Shown here piece by piece: positions 57,605 to 64,000 of a stretch of DNA of 64,000 nt. The stretch spans positions 8,263-72,262 of the forward strand of contig JAQTSY010000002.1 of the NCBI GenBank assembly GCA_028711065.1, read 5' to 3'. Made by a program: the position numbers and the translations under genes. How positions within the stretch are numbered: the first letter of the stretch is position 1; every line of letters begins with the position of its first letter. Origin of the DNA: Minisyncoccota bacterium. GTDB taxonomy: Bacteria; Patescibacteriota; Minisyncoccia; Phycocordibacterales; JAQTLZ01. The notes beneath the pieces were generated by a model. The model was not told the DNA's origin and made no database searches. It was given only the letters and a program-made list of their open reading frames with translations.

Positions 57605-60600
57605 ATGCATTCATTTCTTAAATACTTCACGATCACATTTATCACTGCTTTCCTTGTTATTGGTGGCGGAATTCTTCTCACACATTCTCCTCGGCATGTT
57701 GCTGCTGATTTTTCAGGTCCAGCTCCCTCAACTCTTCCAAATACATTAAGTGTAAAACTTGAAACTATTCCCGAACCTCCTCCAGGAGAAACTACGGATG
57801 GAATTCTTGTCCCTCCAGGACTTTCGAATCAAAAATTTAAAGCCAGTGTGTATCTGAGCGATGGCAGTTTGGATACTAACTTTCCTATTACCTATCAATT
57901 TGGATGCGATGACGATACCAGCAAAACAGGAAGTGGTAAGACTGAGTATGAAAATCCCTTTACAGTCGGAGATCCTGGCCCCGATTCTCCAATTTTGTGT
58001 AATTTCACTACGATTCAAAAGTATGATGCGAACGTACCGGGTCTTGGAGGAGCTTCGCGTGCGTACTACTATCCGACCATCTACAATGTTTACGACCACA
58101 GCGGATCGGGTCCGGGACTCGCGAGTAGGACTCTCGTATTGAAGCCCGATAGCGACGATTGGAGTATTTCGCTGACCGGGAGAATTTTTGATAAAGCGCC
58201 TGGGGATTGGTTTTACCTCGGCGCTGTTCAGGGAGATATCACTCCCAAAAAGAATCATGAAGGATTAACGTACACCTATGACTTTGATTGCGCTGCTCCT
58301 CAAGATGGGGGACAAACCACGAAAAGTTTTCCGAATCGTGCAGCAACCTCGCTTAGCACTACCTGTCGTTTTCCCGATATCCCCGATACCACTTACCACC
58401 TCGGACTTACAGTGACGGATAGCAAGGGAGATTACAAGACTACAACGTATGATGTGAAAACTCCATCGGTAACGCCCACACCGACTCCGCCTGGTCCTAC
58501 CCCAACTCCGACAGCAACCCCGACCCCAACTCCAACACCTACGCCTGGAGGATGCAGTGTTTCTCTCACCTCCGATCAAGACACATACTTTATTCATCCG
58601 CCTTCGGAAGTTCAGGCAACATATACAGCGACAATTCACAACCCGCCTCCAGGCGCAACAAGATTCGAGTATACTTTCATCTCTTATCAGCGTACGAATG
58701 TGGATACATTGGGTCCGGTTGATGGAGGAGATTCATATGTACAAACTAGATGGTATAACAGCACCAAAGATAAAAAAGGCAATGCAGCTAATTCAGCTAC
58801 AGTAAGCGTGCACGCGAAAGTGAAAGGAGGACAGTCGTGCGGTGAAGCTGATAAAGCGGTGAGGATCGAAGAAAACCCGAGCTCTATGAGCGTAGTTCTC
58901 AAAATCAAGCCGCAAAAGGTGGCAAAGTTGCCGGATAAAAAGGACAAGTCGACAGCGGCAAAAGCTGATAAGCCGGATGCTCGCTCAAAAGTGGAAGAGA
59001 CGGCTACTATCACCATAGCGAAAGGTGCAGCCAATAAGCCTCAAGGACCTTATAAATACACACTGACGGGTGGGGGAGATTGTACCCCGGCGACGACCGT
59101 TTCGAATACGCAACTGACCCAGCTTTTTAATTGTTATTACAAAGACGGTACACCTTCCGGAAAGGAATATACGAAAAAAATTCATGTTGAAGATTCGAGC
59201 TACCCTCCGCAGACTGCAGAAAATACTGCGAAATTAAAAGTGGTAGATCCGGCGCCTGTGCCTCTTGGCGAGATAGATGTTGTGGTGAAAGTCGCTCCGC
59301 CTGCAAAAGGAGTCAAAGAAACCCTAAAGGCGAAAGATGTGACTTTGAAGGTGGGGAGTACGTCTGCTAAAGATGGAAGCAAGATCAAATTCTTGCCTCT
59401 CACTACCTATCCTGTTGTGGTAGACCCTCAGCCAAACCACACGGCAGATATGAGCGGATGTGGCGAAGGTTCAATCACACTTACTCCAAGTGCTCCGAAG
59501 CAGACGTGTACTGTCACTGAAGTGTCTTCTCCCAATCCAACCCCAACGCCCACACCCACCCCGACCCCTACGCCTACTCCTCCAATACCAACCCCTACTC
59601 CGACTCCGACACCTACACCAACGCCGAGTCCGACTCCAACCCCTCCAGCGAGTTGTGACAGGAATCCTATTTTCTCCGACAACCCTTGTGAAAATAGGTT
59701 TGGATCGGATTCTGTGACGACGAGCAAAGATCTCGGGCGTTCAAATGTGTCCGAAAATTCCGTAAAGAGAAACACTATCCCAAACCTAACGAACTATTGT
59801 CAGAATGTTCCGACTAATCAGTGTGCTGTCCACAATCCTTGTGATCTGAAAAGATTTTGGTGCTATACAAAATTAGTTGGCACAAACACCTATGATCGGA
59901 CTAGTTCGAGTGATTCGGATTATGGCTACAAGGCTTGTTCCTGCGGTTTTTCAGGTTCTGGACTTCCAACACCCACCCCAACCCCAACGCCAACTGACAT
60001 TCCTCCCGTTACCCCAACTCCCACACCAACACCAACCCCCACTCCTATTCATACGCCGACTCCAACAGTAACTCCTACGCCAACGCCTACTCCAACACCT
60101 ACTCCAGGTAAACCGGCAGGACAAAATATAAGACTCAATGTGCTTTCAATTCCTGGGAAGGCTGGTGTGACTTCAAAAGTTGCGGTTATTGCACGAGTGG
60201 GTAAAGTAAGCTTTAGCCTTGGGAATATGAATACTTTTCAGCCGATAGAGGCGGGAAAGTACGATATTGTAGAGCGCAGTGAGAAAGGCTACACGGCGGT
60301 AGTATCTGGCGATTCCGCATGTGAGACAAAAAATGCTAATGGAAGTGATACGCCAACGACATTCACGAACAATGGGACTATGACTGTTGTGGGGAGCGTG
60401 ACTATAAATTCCGGAGAGAATATTTCTTGCATCATCACTAATACCGCTGTATCAAATGTGCCGAAAACTCAAAATATTAAACTTGATGTAAAAGTAGTCG
60501 GAGGAGAATCAGCAGTGAGAGATTTCCTGATTGCTCGAGCAGGTACAGTAAGTTTTAATCTGGCGAATCTCAATACTTTCCGTCCTATTAAGGCGGGGAC

Positions 60601-61786
60601 GTATGCTATTCAGGAACATAGCCGAAAAGGCTACACGGCGGTAGTATCTGGCGACTCTTCGTGCGAAACAAAAAATAAAGATGGGAGCGACAAGCCGACA
60701 GTTTTTACCGGGAATGGCAGTCTTGTTTCAGTGGGGTCAGTCACAATTAATGCTGGAGAGAATATCTCTTGTGTCATTACTAACACTGCCGCAACAAAAC
60801 CAGCATCGCTTACGGTAGAGAAAATCGTCGCTGGAAAAGGCGCCCCAGATAAGGCGAACAAGTTTGATGTCTGTATCGGAACGGATTGTGCGAAGGGTTC
60901 TAAAACTGAAAAGAATTTGGTTGTGGGGCAAGAATATACTGTTTCAGAGAAGAATCTCCCTCATTATGCACCAAGCTGGGCTCTTCCTTGTGTCCAGTCA
61001 AAAACTGATCCGACAAAAGCGACGATCACACTTTCCGCAGGAGAGAATACGTGTTATGTCACGAATACGTATACAAAACCGGGGTTGGATTTGTCTTATG
61101 ACAAGACAAAAATGGGTCTCTTCGATCCAAAATCGGGTATTCCTGTAGTAATCCACGCAACCATTGATGTGAGTGCTCTTATTATTGGATATTTTGTGGA
61201 TTCAAACGGTCAGATAGTTACGATATCTATTACGCCAGATGCTCGTTCCGGTCTTATGACAAAATATTACACCCTTCGCAATAGTTCAGGGGATCCGTCG
61301 GATAAGTTGAAAGGAAACTTAACCACGCTTCTCAGTGGAAGACAGCTTTCTTTTACCGCTGTCGATCAAAATGGTAAATCTAGCACACTCACTATGGAGT
61401 TGGACAAATCGGATAAATGGGATGAGTGGGGGAAGGCTTGGAAGAAAAATCATATTATCCCTACGATCAGTGTTGATTCGGTATTAATAGATAGTAAACT
61501 CGCCAAAGAACTTAATGTAAATGGAAAGGATAGGCAGCTCTCAGACGATAACGCTCTGAAAGCTCTCTTGGACCGCATTGCAAATGACCCTTCGCGTGTG
61601 CATGAAGGAAATATAACCAAAGGAGCAGACGGTTCATACCAATATGATCCGCTTCCTCCTCCACCACCGCCAAAAGGAAATCCCAGAAAAGTATCCTCAT
61701 CAGTAGATCCTCTTGCGGGCGTGAAAGAAGGCCTCGCTAATATCTGGTCAGGATTTATGAGTCTTTTCCAGAGTGTCACGCCATAA
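57605..61786 (+). CDS. giant secreted surface protein (1393 aa) with PT linkers, PKD-like module and three tandem ~105-aa domains
   Basis: Signal/anchor FTITFITAFLVIGGGILL; linkers PTPTPPGPTPTPTATPTPTPTPTP, SSPNPTPTPTPTPTPTPTPPIPTPTPTPTPTP, LPTPTPTPTPTDIPPVTPTPTPTPTPTPIHTPTPTVTPTPTPTPTPTP; repeated domains ending GEN(I/T)(S/T)C(I/V/Y)(I/V)TNT. Confidence 0.75.
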   Translation: MHSFLKYFTITFITAFLVIGGGILLTHSPRHVAADFSGPAPSTLPNTLSVKLETIPEPPPGETTDGILVPPGLSNQKFKASVYLSDGSLDTNFPITYQFGCDDDTSKTGSGKTEYENPFTVGDPGPDSPILCNFTTIQKYDANVPGLGGASRAYYYPTIYNVYDHSGSGPGLASRTLVLKPDSDDWSISLTGRIFDKAPGDWFYLGAVQGDITPKKNHEGLTYTYDFDCAAPQDGGQTTKSFPNRAATSLSTTCRFPDIPDTTYHLGLTVTDSKGDYKTTTYDVKTPSVTPTPTPPGPTPTPTATPTPTPTPTPGGCSVSLTSDQDTYFIHPPSEVQATYTATIHNPPPGATRFEYTFISYQRTNVDTLGPVDGGDSYVQTRWYNSTKDKKGNAANSATVSVHAKVKGGQSCGEADKAVRIEENPSSMSVVLKIKPQKVAKLPDKKDKSTAAKADKPDARSKVEETATITIAKGAANKPQGPYKYTLTGGGDCTPATTVSNTQLTQLFNCYYKDGTPSGKEYTKKIHVEDSSYPPQTAENTAKLKVVDPAPVPLGEIDVVVKVAPPAKGVKETLKAKDVTLKVGSTSAKDGSKIKFLPLTTYPVVVDPQPNHTADMSGCGEGSITLTPSAPKQTCTVTEVSSPNPTPTPTPTPTPTPTPPIPTPTPTPTPTPTPSPTPTPPASCDRNPIFSDNPCENRFGSDSVTTSKDLGRSNVSENSVKRNTIPNLTNYCQNVPTNQCAVHNPCDLKRFWCYTKLVGTNTYDRTSSSDSDYGYKACSCGFSGSGLPTPTPTPTPTDIPPVTPTPTPTPTPTPIHTPTPTVTPTPTPTPTPTPGKPAGQNIRLNVLSIPGKAGVTSKVAVIARVGKVSFSLGNMNTFQPIEAGKYDIVERSEKGYTAVVSGDSACETKNANGSDTPTTFTNNGTMTVVGSVTINSGENISCIITNTAVSNVPKTQNIKLDVKVVGGESAVRDFLIARAGTVSFNLANLNTFRPIKAGTYAIQEHSRKGYTAVVSGDSSCETKNKDGSDKPTVFTGNGSLVSVGSVTINAGENISCVITNTAATKPASLTVEKIVAGKGAPDKANKFDVCIGTDCAKGSKTEKNLVVGQEYTVSEKNLPHYAPSWALPCVQSKTDPTKATITLSAGENTCYVTNTYTKPGLDLSYDKTKMGLFDPKSGIPVVIHATIDVSALIIGYFVDSNGQIVTISITPDARSGLMTKYYTLRNSSGDPSDKLKGNLTTLLSGRQLSFTAVDQNGKSSTLTMELDKSDKWDEWGKAWKKNHIIPTISVDSVLIDSKLAKELNVNGKDRQLSDDNALKALLDRIANDPSRVHEGNITKGADGSYQYDPLPPPPPPKGNPRKVSSSVDPLAGVKEGLANIWSGFMSLFQSVTP
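58478..58548 (+). repeat. PT linker-coding repeat 1 in gene 57605
   Basis: acNccN units. Confidence 0.55.
59533..59650 (+). repeat. PT linker-coding repeat 2 in gene 57605
   Basis: acNccN units. Confidence 0.55.
59966..60110 (+). repeat. PT linker-coding repeat 3 in gene 57605
   Basis: acNccN units. Confidence 0.55.
60120..60800 (+). repeat. Tandem internal domain duplication (two ~330-nt units, ~45% aa identity) within gene 57605; a third degenerate copy follows to ~61080
   Basis: NIRLNVLSIPGKAGVTSKVAVIARVGKVSFSLGNMNTFQPIEAGKYDIVERSEKGYTAVVSGDSACETKN... versus NIKLDVKVVGGESAVRDFLIARAGTVSFNLANLNTFRPIKAGTYAIQEHSRKGYTAVVSGDSSCETKN... Confidence 0.7.
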
Positions 61787-61804
61787 GCATTTTTCATTGA
61801 TTTA

Positions 61805-61845
61805 CCACAGCAAAAATCCTCCGTTCTGGAGGATTTTTGCTGTGG
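61805..61845. terminator. 18-bp-stem hairpin ccacagcaaaaatcctcc-gttct-ggaggatttttgctgtgg after gene 57605; right arm overlaps DnaA-like box
   Basis: Perfect long stem with A/T tracts. Confidence 0.65.
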
Positions 61846-61849
61846 ATAC
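61841..61849. promoter_or_regulatory. DnaA-box-like TGTGGATAC (8/9) upstream of secreted-protein gene 61919
   Basis: Near match. Confidence 0.3.
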
Positions 61850-61918
61850 TCTTTTTGTGAGGGGGGTATATAATAAAATCAGTAATTATTATTTATTCTA
61901 AATAAGCGCGAATATCCT

Positions 61919-63757
61919 ATGAAGAAATACTTATCACTTTTAAGCGTCGTCTTCGTTCTTGCTGCTGCAAGTTTTGCTTTTTCTGCGGTTTTGGTAAAAG
62001 CTGTGACAAACGGAGCGACTGACCCGTCCGTCACCAATTCTATTTATGTCACCGATATAAGCGGTCCAAGATCCATCGCTTTGAATACTGTTGCAAAAGT
62101 AACTGCGACAGTTCTCATTCCTGCCAATACGACAGTTACCTCGAGCGTAGGATGGGGGGAAAGACTCGAGACTCCCACAAAGGTCACTTATCCCGCTTCT
62201 TCTGTTGATAGAAAAGAAGTATTCACTTTCACTCACACCTATACTAAAAACGGTTCGTATAAATTTAGCCTTCCTCTCACGGGGACGGGAGCGAGCGGAG
62301 CCTCTGTGCCAATCGTCCCCGAATCGGACAAACTTTTTCCTATATCAGTAAGAGAGAAACCTCTCTCGGCGTTTGGGAATAATCCAATCACACTTCACTT
62401 TGCGCCCAAAGGTGCAATATGTCCTCCTGGTTATTCTTATCAATACTGCTATTACACTTTCTGGAGACCTGGAGCCACACAAGTCGGCCAAGTTGCGTTT
62501 TGGAAACTTGAAGCAAGGACTGCTGTCTCTGCCCCAGTCACTATTCACGCAAAGTGGGGAGACGGGCAAACTTCTGATATCACTCTTGCTTCTCCGGCTT
62601 CCGATGCTGATTTTCTTTTGAGTCACACCTACAATGCTACAAGCAAATATAATGTCGAATTTACCGCTTCTGATATGATGACTCCATCACATACTGTTGT
62701 TCTCAAAGATACAGTAACTGTGAGACCTCTTAGCGGAAAAAATAAAGCAGATCTTCCAGCGCCGACACCAACCCCCACACCAACACCTACTCCGACACCA
62801 ACACCTACGGTGACACCGACGCCAACAGTAACTCCGACCCCTACGGTCACTCCAACACCGACACCGACGCTTTCTTTTTCCACTTCTCAAACAACTGTGC
62901 AGGCGGGAGCGGCTGGAGATGCTGGCGTCATTCATTACACTTGGTCAAAGAGTTCCCCATACTTCACGGCTTATGCGGTGTTAGGAAGCGGCGCGTCATG
63001 TTATAACCTTGTGATGGCGAATCAGAATCAAAACACAAACGGCATTCCTCCTGTTGCGAGTTATGCAATTGTACCCGCTACTGTGCCTCCAGGAAGCTAT
63101 ACTCTCATACTTCAAAGTTCGCCATGTCCTGCAAGCAGCCATCAGCCTTCAGCATATGCGACAGGTATTACAGTAATTGCTCCACTCTCTTGTACCATCA
63201 CTTCGAGTATTCCAAGTGGGCATGTCACTGATCATGTTGACTTCACTACGAATGTAACCGGCGGGTTGGCTCCATTTACTTATGTATGGAACGCAGATGG
63301 GCAGAGTTTGCCTGGAGGGACGAGCAATCTAACAAGTAATATCTTGTCGATTGGGCGTTGGACGACTGGCATAGGGCAAAAAACTGTTACCGCCACTTTC
63401 ACTTCGGGCGGTCAGAGCGCGTCGTGCTCAAAGACATTTACCGTGACTTCACTCTTACCAGTTGCTGTCACCGATCCGGCAGCAGGTGTCGTTCGGCATA
63501 TTGGATCAGCGTATACTTTTTCTTGGGATAAGACACAATTGGCGGCGACCTCTGCAGATATCTATGTTGATACCATAAATCCTACGAGCGGTGTGATAAT
63601 CAAGTCATTCCTCATCCTTCCGGCTCGGCCAAACGACGGCAAGATGAGTGTTGCACAAAAGATTCCAACAGGCTCTGCTGGTACTGCAGAGGTGCGCTTA
63701 GTGAAAGCGGGGGCTTCAGGTCCAGCAATCATCAGCAATCCCTTCACTATTCAATAG
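61919..63757 (+). CDS. secreted protein with PT linker (612 aa)
   Basis: Signal peptide LSLLSVVFVLAAASFAFSA; linker PAPTPTPTPTPTPTPTPTVTPTPTVTPTPTVTPTPTPT. Confidence 0.7.
   Translation: MKKYLSLLSVVFVLAAASFAFSAVLVKAVTNGATDPSVTNSIYVTDISGPRSIALNTVAKVTATVLIPANTTVTSSVGWGERLETPTKVTYPASSVDRKEVFTFTHTYTKNGSYKFSLPLTGTGASGASVPIVPESDKLFPISVREKPLSAFGNNPITLHFAPKGAICPPGYSYQYCYYTFWRPGATQVGQVAFWKLEARTAVSAPVTIHAKWGDGQTSDITLASPASDADFLLSHTYNATSKYNVEFTASDMMTPSHTVVLKDTVTVRPLSGKNKADLPAPTPTPTPTPTPTPTPTVTPTPTVTPTPTVTPTPTPTLSFSTSQTTVQAGAAGDAGVIHYTWSKSSPYFTAYAVLGSGASCYNLVMANQNQNTNGIPPVASYAIVPATVPPGSYTLILQSSPCPASSHQPSAYATGITVIAPLSCTITSSIPSGHVTDHVDFTTNVTGGLAPFTYVWNADGQSLPGGTSNLTSNILSIGRWTTGIGQKTVTATFTSGGQSASCSKTFTVTSLLPVAVTDPAAGVVRHIGSAYTFSWDKTQLAATSADIYVDTINPTSGVIIKSFLILPARPNDGKMSVAQKIPTGSAGTAEVRLVKAGASGPAIISNPFTIQ
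62758..62872 (+). repeat. PT(V) linker-coding tandem repeat in gene 61919
   Basis: Repeated acggtgacaccgacgccaaca-like units. Confidence 0.6.
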
Positions 63758-63774
63758 GACTGACTGAATCGTGA

Positions 63775-63806
63775 GAAAACCCCCAAGTATTCTCTTGGGG
63801 TTTTTC
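63775..63806. terminator. Hairpin gaaaacccccaag...cttgggggtttttc after gene 61919
   Basis: Stem with A/T tracts. Confidence 0.6.
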
Positions 63807-63811
63807 GTTTT

Positions 63812-63820
63812 TGTGGATAA
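63812..63820. promoter_or_regulatory. DnaA-box-identical TGTGGATAA (10-mer TGTGGATAAC) upstream of secreted-protein gene 63921
   Basis: Exact 10-mer immediately after terminator. Confidence 0.45.
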
Positions 63821-63920
63821 CTGAATATTGAGATTGGACTTGAACAGGGTACTATAAGAGCTAAGAGGGAAATGAAATTTATCTATTTTATTCGTCGTTA
63901 TTATACATATTAATATTATC

Positions 63921-64000
63921 ATGAGAAAATCTATTCTTACCGGTTTCGCGTTTCTCGTACTCATAATGGTCGCTCTTTTAAGCGGGGCTTCTTCCGCTCG
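63921..64000 (+). CDS. partial secreted protein (N-terminus MRKSILTGFAFLVLIMVALLSGASSA), continues beyond window
   Basis: ATG followed by signal-peptide-like sequence; no stop before window end. Confidence 0.4.
   Translation, partial: MRKSILTGFAFLVLIMVALLSGASSA

Noticed and set aside
59428-59775. Minus-strand ORFs made of GVGVGV repeats (also 62629-62883)
   Set aside because: Reverse complements of Pro-Thr linker codons; artefacts of low-complexity repeats. Likewise these repeats are not CRISPR arrays (no spacer-sized unique inserts, units 6-12 nt).
16764-63820. Possibility that clustered DnaA boxes mark oriC
   Set aside because: Boxes are 6-25 kb apart, not clustered with an AT-rich DUE, and dnaA/dnaN are not in the window; more consistent with dispersed regulatory sites.

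Overview
The window reads as a compact, gene-dense chromosome segment of a small-genome bacterium. The gene content looks CPR/Patescibacteria-like; this is inference from gene content only. Native genes are about 40-45% GC, almost all lack a Shine-Dalgarno sequence, and are separated by long-stem A/T-flanked hairpin terminators. Recognisable housekeeping genes: HU, RNase Y, ClpP, RsmE, trigger factor, H+/Na+-pyrophosphatase HppA, NusA, TpiA, Pgk, HIT, RecJ, RNase HI, ComEC, Fe/Mn-SOD, L28, an M50 protease, and S12-S7 followed by EF-G. There is a type IV pilus/competence-like cluster (PilB, PilC, three prepilin-type pseudopilins, a PilX-like minor pilin). There is a protein O-mannosyltransferase (PMT/GT39) and two tandem mini-GT2 paralogs. 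About one third of the window encodes giant secreted proteins with Pro-Thr linkers, PKD/Ig-like domains and an internally triplicated domain. Most unusual: (1) the rpsL-rpsG / fusA str operon is split by a ~5 kb insertion carrying a CsoR-CopA-HMA/membrane-cupredoxin-like copper cassette with a perfect CsoR-type operator palindrome in its promoter, and tuf is missing after fusA. (2) A DnaA-box-identical 10-mer, TGTGGATAAC, recurs 5 times exactly (plus 2 near-matches), always in the upstream region of secreted/surface-protein genes. (3) At least six short higher-GC islets with canonical AGGAGG-type Shine-Dalgarno sites, and in one case a consensus sigma70 promoter, sit between SD-less native genes and look horizontally acquired. 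(4) ComEC is split into a channel gene and a distant MBL-domain gene. (5) RNase HI carries a C-terminal Cauli_VI-like domain. No rRNA, tRNA, CRISPR, integrase or transposase was detected.
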